A stretch of 63,176 bases of DNA, filler included, from Octopus bimaculoides (GCF_001194135.2; 6 parts of 6 records of this genome joined end to end with filler, not necessarily neighbours in it), one strand, 5' to 3'. Numbered from the whole stretch's first letter, positions 38,774 to 51,760 are shown. The notes: generated by a model not told the origin, from the letters alone. Translations and numbers: made by a program.

Positions 38774-39251
38774 TCTTGCACAGCTGGAGGCGAGTGATCA
38801 CCCCTTTACTCACAATATATCCAAAACAGTTTGTTTGTTGTTAACTAGCTGGAAAAGACGTTTTCCTGGGGTTAAAATGTAGTAACATACTTCTTTATAG
38901 AATAGTCATGTTATAATGGCAAAATAATGTTACTGTCTAGTATTATTGCTACTTATATCTCGTTTACAGATTTTAGTACTAGATATTTTGCTCCTTGTAT
39001 ATATATACAAGAGTGAATGAACAAAACGAAAGAAGGGCACTCAACCAGTTTATTGGGAGTTACATGTATGGATCAAAACAGTTTGGTTCAAATTAGTTGA
39101 TACTCTTGAGTTTCAAGCATGATGCTAGTTGTCAGCCATTTTGAATTCAAATTCCAAAAGGCTGACGACTAGCATTCAAATTCAAAATGGCGGACGATAA
39201 CAATCACGCTTGAAACTCGAGAGTTCCAACGAATTTGAATCAGACTGTTTT

Positions 39252-39288
<37 letters not shown>

Positions 39289-40332
39289 NNNNNNNNNNNN
39301 NNNNNNNNNNNNNNNNNNNNNNNNNNNNNNNNNNNNNNNNNNNNNNNNNNNNNNNNNNNNNNNNNNNNNNNNNNNNNNNNNNNNNNNNNNNNNNNNNNNN
39401 NNNNNNNNNNNNNNNNNNNNNNNNNNNNNNNNNNNNNNNNNNNNNNNNNNNNNNNNNNNNNNNNNNNNNNNNNNNNNNNNNNNNNNNNNNNNNNNNNNNN
39501 NNNNNNNNNNNNNNNNNNNNNNNNNNNNNNNNNNNNNNNNNNNNNNNNNNNNNNNNNNNNNNNNNNNNNNNNNNNNNATATATATATATATATATATACA
39601 TGTTTGGTGTGATGTACAGAATTGAATATTGAGAAAAAATGTCGTCAGAATTTTGGAAAAAAAAATCCTTTTATTTCATTATTATTATTAACGCTTTTAT
39701 TCCTCATTAGAACTTGTCAAATACAAGTTTGTGAATGTACAAACAGCTTGTTCATTTATATAAAACAGATGTTTTTTGGGTGAGGTTCCAAGACAATGGA
39801 GATGGATAGATAGAAATATAGGTAGGTAGATGGGCTGATAGATAGATGGATAGATAGATATATAAATAGATAGATGGATAGATAAGTAGTCAGACAGATA
39901 GACAGATGGGTAGAGGGTAAGAGAGACAGAAGGGATATCCACCTTCCTACTCTCCATTCATTCATTTATTTAATTATTTTTCCTTTTACCATTCTATTGG
40001 AATGAGTTTAAGGATGGTGACCACTTAAAAAAAAACACAGGTGTGGTTTGGTCACCACTGAAAGTCTTTTTGCTTTCTTTTTATCCCTCTTCTTTCTTTT
40101 CTCCTTTTCCTCCTTTTCTTTTTCTTCTTTTCTTCTTTCTTTTTTCTTCCTTTTCTCTCCTTTATTTCTTTTTCTCCTCTTTGAGTTATATTTAGTATAT
40201 ATTCCTTCCGAACAATCATTTTTTGGAGAGACGTCTTTGATAAAGTGTAGTTCTGCATGAAAATACATTAGCATAATATTTGCAAATAAACAATTTGAAA
40301 AATCAATCAGTAAATAAAATAAAACGAATATA

Positions 40333-40364
<32 letters not shown>

Positions 40365-40561
40365 TATATACATACATACATACATACATATACGTAAAGC
40401 TAGAACATCCCAATGCTACACAAATATGTCTAAACATTTGTAGAGATGAGCCACATTTCGAATAAAGAATTAAAATTTTCCACTTTACCTTCAAACATAC
40501 AATTTTAGGGAGGATTTCTTGATGAAGTGTGTGTGTGTGTATGTCCATGTGCGTGTGTGTC

Positions 40562-40603
<42 letters not shown>

Positions 40604-40752
40604 TGTGTGTGTGTGTGTTTGTGTGTGTGTATGGTTGGGAATATGTCCATCTGTATACTGTATAACTTCGATCACGCCTCTTTCAACTCCATAATTTTGC
40701 GTTAGAGAACATTAGTATAACGCTTACAAAACGTACAGTCTCTGCTTTTCTT

Positions 40753-41430
40753 TCAAACATTCAACTTTGGAGAGAATTTTTTGATGAAATGTAGTTCCAT
40801 TGCTTTTCGGTATTGCGGATCGTCCCGTGCACATTTGTAAAAGGAAAAAACTTTGAATTTTCCGTCGCTGCATATGTCCAGATGCTTACTTAATGGAATC
40901 TCGCGTAATTCCTCTTGTCGGATATGTTGCCTATGGATTCTTGCACGTTGGCAGTGAGAATTATTTGTTTCGCCAATGTAATTTTCTTTGCAGTTTGCAC
41001 AGGTAATGCAGTACATGAGGTTTTGCGTTTTGCAGTTCATATCTGCATTTATTTTGAAAACGGATCCGCTCTTGAATTTTATGTGGGAACCACTTTCCAA
41101 GTACTTAAAGTTGTTGTTGCATGTTCCACATCTTCTATCTCCACATTCTTTTACTAAGAATTCTCTAGGTAAGTTCGATTTTATGGCGTGAAAGTTGTTG
41201 GTTATTCCAGGACTGTGTGTGTTAATGAACGGAATCGTGTTTTCATTAACTTTTTCCTTGCGTGTCCGTAGTTGGGTGATGTTCAGTTTCATCGCCTTTT
41301 TAATTCCCTCATTAATTAATCCTAAGGGGTATTTCTGCATCGTGAGGAAGCCTTTGAGTTCGTTGAGTTGGATTTCACGTATTTTGGGGTCAGTTACTAT
41401 AGCACAGATGCGTCGTGCCATGCTTATTAT
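40753..41430 (-). mobile_element. Penelope-like element C-terminal fragment (RT thumb, Cys-rich linker, GIY-YIG endonuclease)
   Basis: Open frame ARRICAIV..IRE.QLNELK.FL..QKYP; CGDRRCGTC; NLMYCITCANCKENYIGET; RARIHRQHI; MELHFIKKFSPKLNV*. Confidence 0.88.
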
Positions 41431-42282
41431 ATGTGTGTGCTTGTCTCTGTATTTATGTGCGTCAGTGTGCATGTGTGTGCATATGCTTCTGCGTGTGTAT
41501 ACAAAGTGTGTATACAGGCGTGTATACGGGCGTATCTTACAGCCATTTTCGTTAGGCCAATGTTAAGTGTTTCTATATTAGCATGGAAGTCAAAAATATA
41601 TAAACTTCCTGTCTCTTTGAATTGTGCTCAAAATTTACTAACCCATGATTATATTCTCATAACTCGTACGAAATATCCGTCTATATCCAATACACGCATA
41701 CATATAGGTATATGTCCGTATGTATGTGAGTATATTTGTGTGTTGATTTAAATGCGAGAAACGGTCACTATTAAACTCGATCCACAGTTGCGCTTAATCG
41801 GACCTTGTGACTAATGTGCACTTCGCCGCATGAGAAAGTTAAGGAATATAATGACTCTAGACGATATAAACGATGTAAGGACTTCGACTGTCTGAAATTC
41901 ACCAAAGTGTTACACTTTGAAATTCACGAGGAAAAATTTGATGATATATATAAAGGAATCAATCCTTTCCATCATCTACAACATCTGATATTTTACGGTC
42001 TCAAATCGATCTATTCATTTGTCTTCCGAGCCGCTGATGCGCACCACCGATCGAATGTCATCATGTAACTGCGGTTTCGTTGTGTGATCCTTATTTAATT
42101 CACATTAACTAACATATATATGATTCTGCATAATTCTAAAACATAAATTTGTATTGAGCACTTTAAGGATTTTGCACCTCATACATGTGTGTTTGTGTGC
42201 TTGTGTGTGTGTGAGTGTGTTTGTATGTGTTTGTGTGTGTGAGTGTGTGTGTATAATACATACACATATACGAGTACGTGCT

Positions 42283-42343
<61 letters not shown>

Positions 42344-43140
42344 NNNNNNNNNNNNNNNNNNNNNNNNNNNNNNNNNNNNNNNNNNNNTTAATTAATTAAN
42401 NNNNNNNNNNNNNNNNNNNNNNNNNNNNNNNNNNNNNNNNNNNATCATATGGAAGTGACCTAATAATCTAAAATGTAAGTCTTCTTTCTTATGTGTGTAC
42501 GTGTGAGTGTGTAACTGTCTCTCTCTATATATCTCCTCTCTATCTTCTGTCTTTCAATGCATGTATATTTCAATATATTGCTTTGTTGGTTGTTTTGTCT
42601 TATCTAGCAAAATGGCCGCCATCGTAATTTCTATTTTTCTGCGGTCTTTTCTGGCTTTTTTTTCCCCCCACATTTAAAAAAAAAAATTTGTATGTGTGTA
42701 TGAGTGTATAATTCATTTTATTTTATTTTATTCTATTATCTTATTCCTTATGATTTTTAACTCATTGCACCCGGATTTGCTAATTAGGCGAATAATTCGT
42801 AATTTTTTTCTTCTTTCATTACTATTTTTTTGTTTGTTTGTTTGTTTTGTTTTCTGTTACTGTTAAACGCTTCTGTTGCTACCGCTACCCTTGATGTTGT
42901 TAGTAGTTTAGTTCTCAGCGTGTTTGAAGTACGCCTAAATTTGATAATATTGTTGTTTCTGTTTATATCGTTACTGTTGTTGTAATATTTTTGTTGTTGT
43001 TGTTGTTGTTGTTGTGGATTTTAATATTGCTGCAGCATTATTTATTATTGTTACACAGGTTCTTTGTTTCGTTATTTTGGTTGAGATTAAGTTATCGTTC
43101 ATATTTGCTGCTGCCGTTTTTGCTGCTTTGTTTCCCATCA

Positions 43141-43155
43141 CTATTATTATTATTA

Positions 43156-43197
<42 letters not shown>

Positions 43198-43321
43198 GTA
43201 TTTCTATTATTATTATTATTAGTAGTAGTATTTCTATTATTATTATTAGTAGTAGTAGCATTTCTATTATTATTATTATTATTAGTATTTCTATTATTAT
43301 TATTATTAGTAGTAGTATTTC

Positions 43322-43352
<31 letters not shown>

Positions 43353-43366
43353 TCTATTATTATTTC

Positions 43367-43406
<40 letters not shown>

Positions 43407-43410
43407 TCTA

Positions 43411-43448
<38 letters not shown>

Positions 43449-43488
43449 TCTATTATTATTATTTCTATTTTTATTATTATTATTTCTA

Positions 43489-43532
<44 letters not shown>

Positions 43533-43575
43533 TCTATTTTTATTATTATTATTATTATCATTATTATTTCTATTT

Positions 43576-43615
<40 letters not shown>
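43141..43615. repeat. Interrupted (ATT)n array with higher-order ATTTCT/AGT/ATTTTT units
   Basis: Direct observation. Confidence 0.9.
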
Positions 43616-44257
43616 TGTATACAATGTTGTTTTGTTTTCTTTGTTATTTACGCGTGTGTGAGTGTGCGTATGTGTGGTTGTTATAGAATGTAATATTATT
43701 GTAGCGATTGTTGTTATTAGTATCGTTGTTGTTGTTGTTGTTGTTGGAGGTGTTTGGTTGCTATTACTGACTTGAACGTTACTATAGTTGCTGCCGTTGA
43801 TATTAATATTAATATTATTATTGTTGTTGTTGCTGTTGTTGCGGTTACTCTTGGCATTGTTACTCAGTGTTTGAAGTTACCGTTCGCAGTTTTGATAATG
43901 CTGTTGTTCATGTTGATGGTGTTGGCTACAGTGGTGGTAATAGTAGAGTAGTAGTAGTATATAGATATTATTGATGTTCTAGTTGCTGTCATTAGTTATT
44001 CTCTCTGTGATTGTTTTTGTTGTTGTATTCTCAGCCTCTCTTACAAGTCTGTATGTATTCATGTATGTATATGTCTGTGTGTTTGTATACGCACGTATCT
44101 TTCTTTCTCTCTCGCTCGCCCTCTCTCTCTCTCTCTCTCTCTCAGAGATGTGTGTGTGTGTGTGTGTGTGTGGGAGAGTATGTTTGTGTGTGTATGTAAT
44201 ATATACATACATATGTATATACATATATATATACACGAAGAAATATGTAGATAAGTG

Positions 44258-44302
<45 letters not shown>

Positions 44303-44305
44303 TAT

Positions 44306-44351
<46 letters not shown>

Positions 44352-44465
44352 GCATGCTAACCGAGCATACACATACATATGTATAGATACGCACACACAC
44401 TTACAACGTAAATATCTATCTGTGTAAGTGTGTATGCACATATATGCATATTGTCGTGTGCATAT

Positions 44466-44502
<37 letters not shown>

Positions 44503-45171
44503 GTGTATGTATGTGTATATACACACATAAATACTTTGGTGTGTGTGTGCGCGCGCGTTTGTATATATAGACACCTGTGTATATGCATATCCAGCATACA
44601 CACATACACATATGTAAGGACGTGTATATGTATATGTCTATGTGTATGTGCGTGTGCGTGACTGTGTGTGCATGCGCGTGCGTACACCAATTACATACGC
44701 GTCAGAACGTATGATTTTGAAAACGTCTTTTCATTACTTGTGACTGGCTTCTAAACGTTAAAGCTGTTCCGTGTAATTATTCGCATTTAGTTCTTCTCTG
44801 TTTCGCCTAGTTGTTATTCCGTGCCATGTTCCTTTGATAGATCAAATTCTATAGAATTCTACCGTTCAAGCTAGTCAAAGACATACTTCCGAGGAAGCTG
44901 CACGTTGACGATGAGTTATACAAACAGATACAATAAGCTGCGCATTTGTTTCAAACGATGAAGTTCTCGTTTCGCTGATTTCTTCAGACCAAACTTTGAA
45001 GAGGATCTTTGTACAAGTCTATTTGGAATGCAATACTTTCAAAATATCAACAGCTAACTTTTAAAATGTTTTTGTTATTCAAATGATCCAAGCCAGATTC
45101 TATTTCAAGTGCGTAGATTACGTTTCCTCTCTTCTTTTCTCCCACTCACCCCTTTACAATATATTAACATA

Positions 45172-45327
45172 GGCGCAGGTGTGGCTGTGTGGTAAGAAGC
45201 TTGGTTCCCAGCCATATGGTTCCGGGTTCAGTCTCACTGCGTGGCACCTTCAGCAAGTGTCTTCTACTATAGCTTCGGGGCGACTAAGGCCTTGTGAGTG
45301 GATTTGGTAGACGGAAAAGGAAAGAAG
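45172..45327 (+). mobile_element. SINE family A, 5' half
   Basis: ggcgcaggtgtggctgtgtggtaag...ggttcagtctcactgcgtggcacc, ending at an N gap. Confidence 0.85.
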
Positions 45328-45442
45328 NNNNNNNNNNNNNNNNNNNNNNNNNNNNNNNNNNNNNNNNNNNNNNNNNNNNNNNNNNNNNNNNNNNNNNNNN
45401 NNNNNNNNNNNNNNNNNNNNNNNNNNNNNNNNNNNNNNNNNN

Positions 45443-45496
<54 letters not shown>

Positions 45497-46403
45497 TACA
45501 AGGGGGAGACTCAGAAACATGTCTCTGGATGTGGGCTTAGCTGGGTGGAGGTGCCTGTCTCCCCCTTGTAAACGTAAGGACACAGGAAATGTATGAGGGC
45601 CGACAGGAAACGGTGCAACTTCCTAGGTCTAACCAACAATAGTATTATTCCCTTCAAGGGACTGTCACGTTAAGCTGACAACATACAACACCCACCTCTT
45701 TATAAATCCAGAGATTGTGCTCAGGCTTATTTCTGGACTACTTCACTTTGAAGGTGCGAGTCTTGGCGGTGTTGTGTTAAGTTCTGCACGGGTGCAGCTG
45801 ACAGTCATTGTTGTTCATATTTAGCCAAAGCTAATTTGTCTCTGACAGTCATAGTCGTCCGAGACTTGATAGCTACCAGACATGTCAATGATGATGTCCC
45901 GAATGGCGACGAAAGGGACGAAAGGGCTTTCATAAGCCTAGTTGACTGATTTGTCGAACGACTGATCAAACAATCTATTAGTTAATTGGCTAACTCTCTA
46001 ACCATTTGACTAATAAAATTAAAGAAGTGAAACACAACCAGTGCATGTGTTTATTATGGCACAGCGACCCTCACTATACGAGTTCGTATCAAGAATGCTG
46101 TAAATCGGATTGAATGTTTGCCCTTGAGTGTGATCCGAGGGCGATTTTGCTGCTGTTACTAACAGATCGACGAATCCTCACCTAGACGTTCTTCCACTGA
46201 CTCTCCCCTTCTCTCCTTTCACCCTCTCTCTTCACCTCTCTTTCTCGGTTTCCTCCCTCTCTCTCCCGCTGTTTCTCTCTTTCACTTTTCCCATCTCCCT
46301 CAACTCCCTAGGTCTTCCCCTCTCTTTTCTCTCGCTATCTCCCTCGTAGCGCCTACCGGTCTGAGTTACTGCTACTTAAAACCTAGAACAATGTCGATTT
46401 TTC

Positions 46404-46458
<55 letters not shown>

Positions 46459-47206
46459 ACGCACATATATATTTCAGATTGCCTGTATCATGCATGAAAC
46501 TTTTTGTTTCATATTTGTGCAAGCGAATGAAAGCAAAATTATATAAACATATGAACTGTCCGTCTCACTTAACATCAACCAGATGATTAAATTTGGAACT
46601 GATCGCATTTAAAGTAATTATTAAAACAACGAAAACATCATTCAGAGACAAAAAAAAATGGATACATGATTATGTAATTATTGTTGTTGTTGTTGTAGCT
46701 GTTGTTGTAAATACAGTAGACTGACGGAATTGTTTAAGAGCGTCAAGTACCTTCAAATATGTTTTGGCTATATTCTGAGTTCAAATTCTGCTGATGTAAT
46801 CTTTGCGTTTTGCTCCTTTGGATTCGATAAAAAAACGTACCAGTCATGAACTGAGGATCCTCAAAAATAGCAATGCATAACAGACTACATGCTTGATAAT
46901 AATAGCCAGCACCTATGTACTTCGTCAATTGAAAGCTATGTAATTACCGTTCGTAAACGTTCTTACGAACAAATTCATTTAAAGAACAATTCGCTAGAAG
47001 AGCTAAAGCTTAGCAGTATTTTATTCATATGACAGCCGCCAGTCCACAATTATTCCTCACAGAGATGCACAAGAGTAGAAATGATTATATTTTAATGCAT
47101 AAGAGTGTTATCACAGAAATATCTAGTCCTCTGTCACTAAGGTTCTTTTTTTTCAATTTGCAAACAAAGCGTTGAGCCATTTTATGCATGTGTGTAAAGA
47201 GAAAGG

Positions 47207-47516
47207 GGAGGCGCAATGGCCCAGTGGTTAGGGCAGCGGACTCACGGTCATAGGATCGCAGTTTCGATTCCCAGACCGGGCGCTGTGAGTGTTTATTGAG
47301 CGAAAACACCTAAAGCTCCACGAGGCTCCGGCAGGGGATGGTGGCGAACCCTGCTGTACTCTTCCACCACAACTTTCTCTCACTTTCTTCCTGTTTCTGT
47401 TGTGCCTGTAATTCAAAAGGGTCAGCTTTGTCACACTCTCTGTCACGCTGAATATCCCTGAGAACTACGTGAAGGGTACACGTGTCTGTGGAGTGCTCAG
47501 CCACTTGCACGTTAAT
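47207..47516 (+). mobile_element. tRNA-derived SINE family C
   Basis: Pol III A box tggcccagtgg and B box gtttcgattcc in a tRNA-like head, followed by ~230 bp of non-tRNA body up to a gap. Confidence 0.8.
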
Positions 47517-47616
47517 NNNNNNNNNNNNNNNNNNNNNNNNNNNNNNNNNNNNNNNNNNNNTTAATTAATTAANNNNNNNNNNNNNNNNNNNNNNNNNNNN
47601 NNNNNNNNNNNNNNNN

Positions 47617-47950
47617 TGACTACGGACCGAGACCTTTGGAAATGTGCTGTGCGTGAGAAGACCCGGCAAGCCAAGTAAGATCGTTGCCAGTGCCCCTGGA
47701 CTGGTTCTTGTGCGGGTGGCACATAAAAGACACCATTTCGAGCGTGGCCGTTTTCGTGCGGGTGACACGTAAAAGCACCCACTACACTCTCTGAGTGGTT
47801 GGCGTTAGGAAGGGCATCCAGCTGTAGAAACTCTGCCAAATCAGACTGGAGCCTGGTGTTGCCATCCGGTTTCACCAGTCCTCAGTCAAATCGTCCAACC
47901 CATGCTAGCATGGAAAGCGGACGTTAAACGATGATGATGATGATGATGAT
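47617..47950 (+). mobile_element. RTE-clade LINE 3' end with short 3' UTR and (ATG)n tail
   Basis: DRDLWKCAVREKTRQAK* then a UTR ending catgctagcatggaaagcggacgttaaacgatgatgatg. Same family as 1334-4141. Confidence 0.9.
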
Positions 47951-48890
47951 ATATATGTGCAACTGATAATGTTTACATTACTAGAGCTGCTTTTAATTTG
48001 TAATTTTATATATATATATATATGTATATACACACACACCCAACTAGTGCACTACTCTGAAAGTGATGGATCTGTACCTGACTGTCACTTCACCTTGCAA
48101 ATGATGAATATATACCTGATTGGCATTTTACTATGAAAATGATGGTGATCCACCAATCACTTTACCCCAGTAGCATTTAGATTTGTATTTAGTATCACAT
48201 CGCTGTAGTAAACCTTATTTTTCAATTTGTTAGAGAACTATGTTAGGAAAATTAACTTAAAATTTTGATGTTAGTGAATGAGAGTTTTAGGTAGAATACA
48301 TTTTAGATTATTTTATTATGAAAATCAAAGAGTAAATTATTTTCCCCTATTTTCACTGAATATTTCTACCTCAAATGCATGCTGATGTGCTTCTCTCTGT
48401 AAATGTGTACATTATTTAAATGTATCATTTGGAATAGAGAATGGACAATAAAGACATGATCTTTTGGAAAATAAGAATAGAGAAAAAGAGATGGCCTTAC
48501 AAAAGCTTCTAGCCTAATCTTATCAAGAAACAGAGTAAAATAATGTAACAAAAATATATATACAGACCTTGGTAAATCAGATTTATCATCTAAAAGTTTT
48601 TCTAAATATGAAAACCCAAATGCGCGATAAAAACAGTTGCCATCACCTCGTGTTCGCCTTAAATCTCTATAGCGAGATTGGAGATCCTACAGAAATAGAA
48701 AATGGCAATTTAGGATCTACATTTTGTATGAAAAAAAAAAAAAAAAATCATTGAAAATTAAATGTTGAACTTTCTTGAAATGAAGCAAACGATAAAAATA
48801 GATGTTAACCACATTACTGACCCACTAATAAATGGGGTTAGAGGTAATTTAATAGTCTTTTTCCATGGCAACTCACATAAAAGTATTTTA

Positions 48891-49540
48891 GTTCTTTTAT
48901 TTGTTTCAGTCATTTGACTGTGGCCATGCTGGGGCACCACCTTGAAGGGTTTTAGTTGAACAAATCAACCCCAGGCCTTCTTTTTCTTAAGCCTAGTACT
49001 TACCCTATTGGTATCTTTTGCCGAACCACTAAGTTACAGGGATGTAAACACACCAATAGCAGTTGTCAAGCAATGGTGGCAGACAAACACAACTACAAAG
49101 ACATACACACTCACACACACACATTCTGTAAATAATAATAATAGTATTTTATAAGCTTAAAGCTTATAAGCGAAAACTGTGCAATGACTAAAGAAAATAG
49201 TCTAATGGGGTATATAAAATCCCTTGACATAAAAAGCACGGGAAACCTACTTTTTTCTGTCAATTATTAGACTATTTTGTTTAGTCATTGCATGGTGATT
49301 ACTTATAAGCTTTAAGCTTATAAAATACTACTATTATTATTTACAGAATTGTAAAAATGCTGCTTACCAAAAGCCATCACACACAGACAAACACATAGAC
49401 ACACAACAGGCTTCTTTCAGTTTCCGTCTACCAAATCCACTCACAAGGCTTTGGTTGGCCTGAGGCTATATTAGAAGACACTTGCCCAAGGTGCGATGCA
49501 GTTGGGAAGTAAGCTTCTTACCACACAGCTGTGCCTGCAG
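48891..49540 (-). mobile_element. SINE family A interrupted by a foldback insertion
   Basis: 3' half 48891-49120 and 5' half 49385-49540 flank the 49123-49379 element inside the (CA)n core. Confidence 0.85.
49123..49379. mobile_element. Foldback/MITE-like element with ~84-bp inverted arms
   Basis: Arms 49123-49206 and 49266-49349. Each arm contains the palindrome ttataagctt-N-aagcttataa. Confidence 0.75.
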
Positions 49541-50519
49541 CAAAGAGCTATATGTTAATATGTACTCCTACCTTCCCAATGCAAACTAATAAAAACAATA
49601 CATTAATGAAGTAGAAAAAAGAGTCAGCATTCTAACTGAAAGTAATAATCTATAAACTTTTAATAGTAGTTATCTATACCTTTTAAGGTATTTACTTGCA
49701 TCAACATTTACTTTGCAGACTAAGTTGTAGCCTTCCAAAGTCTGCCACAGTTACCTTTCTATGACCAGATCCAATTCAATTTGAATCCAAATGGCATTCA
49801 ATCAACAAAAACTAGATAACTAAACTGAAAATCAGAGCAAGATTTGCCTTGATGATTTGCAGACATATATTCTGTTGGAAATTGTTAACACTCATGATTA
49901 AACAAACCATAAGCAGGTTATTCTGAATACTAATGACAGGAATTCAGGTAGTAACATACTTGGAAATCACATATTTGTTCTCGACAATAAAGCCAAAAAA
50001 AAAAAAAAGAAGAAAGAAATTTTGAAAGCCAGTATTTTCAGTCACCAGTTGTTAAACACTTTCAAACATCACAGAGTCACATAGTCCTAGTTTCGCGAAC
50101 ATAAAAACAAATTAGCATCCAAATATTTGAAAAAGATTTTTATACAAAATTTTATCTCTTTTTAGGGTTACAGATCATACAGCATTATTAGATTTACATG
50201 CTCTCAATATTGTTTTGGACTCATTGGTTAGCAGGGGAGAAGAGCCCAATAAATAAACTGATCCATCAATAATTAGAAATATATTTCTAGGTTTTATATG
50301 CCTTGGTTTCTGAGGCATTTCACTTCAAAACTTCTACAAGTTTATCCAATATTATCTAGTGATTGGTATCTGAGATGCATTCTATGTTTTGAGACTTTTT
50401 TAGGAGAGGCAATTATAACTGTTTTAGATTATTGTAATTTTACCATATCATTACTATACATCTAATATGCTGACCTACCAACTTTTGTTATACAAATACA
50501 CCCTTCTAAACATTGCTTC

Positions 50520-51041
50520 TCACAGATGGCTAGTTTGCAGAAACCAGATGTGATGCGAAGACAATTTAGAAGCTTGCTATGCAATAAAGTTTTGTGTTAA
50601 ACTGGGCAAAAACACTACAGAAACTTGTAGTAAGAGAATCATCTACATCCACCACGTTTCATTTGACCAGATGGTCAACAAAGACTACTTTGTGGAGGTT
50701 TTGAGGGAGATCAGGAAGAGATTTTGTCATAAAAGACCAGAGCTCCAGCACTAAGACAATGCACCAATCCATCCTGGTAACCAACTACTTGACAGAGATG
50801 AGCATCAAAAGTGTCCCTCACCCTATTAACAGTCCAGACCTTGATTGCTGTGACTTTTAGCTGTTCATCAAGCTGAACGAAAAGATGAAGGAGGCTGTGA
50901 CAAGTGTCCGAGACGTCTTAACTTAGAGAACTTCTATGGAGTCTTCATGAAGTAGCTGGAGTGTCACAATCTGTCCATTGAAGTCAGAATATCCTATGAA
51001 ATTAATAAATATCTCACAAACTTTCTGGAATATACCTTGTA
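50520..51041 (+). mobile_element. Internally deleted, decayed mariner element
   Basis: YAIKFCVKLGKNTTET fused to VNKDYFVEVLRE.RKRF..KRPE, *DNAP.H, VPHP.NSPDLD.CDF. Right end ctttctggaatataccttg+TA is TIR-like. Confidence 0.75.
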
Positions 51042-51289
51042 GCATAAGATTCAAGACAGTAACAGCACTGGAATAGTCAAGTTTCCTGGTGAGAATAAAC
51101 AGTATGGTAGTCAACAAGAACATGTATTTGAACAGAATTGATGAAATTTCACTGTTCTGCCAAAAACTCTGTTAATGATTTGCATGTTGAAATAATAGAC
51201 CATTAACAATCTGACAGGTATACAACACCTCCCAACTTCTATTACTACCACCAATTCAAAATTTGTTTATGCTAACATAGCTAGACTGA

Positions 51290-51760
51290 CCCTTTTGAGC
51301 ACTATATATTGTCCATAACCATGGTCCCCTATCATCTCTTCCATACGACTCAATATCCTACAATCAGTTGTCACAACTTCATCCTGTATCCTCCTGACTC
51401 TCCCTCTTCAACAGTTCCATCTACTTGTGTCCTTCTGGTTTTAATATGTTGGTTCTTGTAACTGTGGGCTATCTTTCTCTGTATTTCAATTTCTAAGTTA
51501 GAGAGTATTTTCCACAATATTTAGCTTGCTCATCATTCACCGAGTTTAAATACTTCCATATTCTAAGTTTCCAATATTCTTTTCTGGAATTCTTGCCTTC
51601 TTGGTTCACTTACATGACAATATTCCATTGCTATCTTGATTTCTTTTTCCACTTCTTGCACATCTGTAACAGAGTGATTATTGGGTCTGTGCTGCAGAGC
51701 ACCTATTGGGTAAGAGGCCTTCACCATATGTTCATGTCATGTTTATACTGTTTTTGCTTA
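51290..51760 (-). mobile_element. Highly degenerate RTE-like LINE C-terminal relic
   Basis: Weak similarity on the minus strand (QVDGTVE.GE.G region) only. Confidence 0.3.

Noticed and set aside
40753-41472. 239-aa ORF as a host GIY-YIG nuclease gene
   Set aside because: Its upstream part is RT-thumb sequence of a Penelope-like element, and the annotated start comes from a TG-rich microsatellite-like flank.
44960-44992. Minus-strand CTGAAGA-aatcagc-GAAAC
   Set aside because: Stem II cannot pair, and there is no stem III or stem I.
45888-45932. ATGATGA-t-gtccc...gggac-GAAA hammerhead look-alike
   Set aside because: C3 is missing (breaking the C3-G8 pair), and no credible stem I or stem III is present.
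47210-47285. tRNA-like sequence with A and B boxes
   Set aside because: It continues directly into a SINE body and the cloverleaf is imperfect; it is a SINE head, not a tRNA gene.
47617-47650. Possible misplaced continuation of the RTE copy that ends at the gap at 4557
   Set aside because: The overlapping ~28 bp differ at three positions (tattgaccaagacc vs tacggaccgagacc), so they are more likely separate copies.
47862-47890. Antisense CTGAGGA-ctggt-GAAAC-cgg in the RTE 3' UTR resembling a hammerhead
   Set aside because: No stem II, no NUH or stem I, and GAAAC is not conserved in the copies at ~1397 and ~5245.
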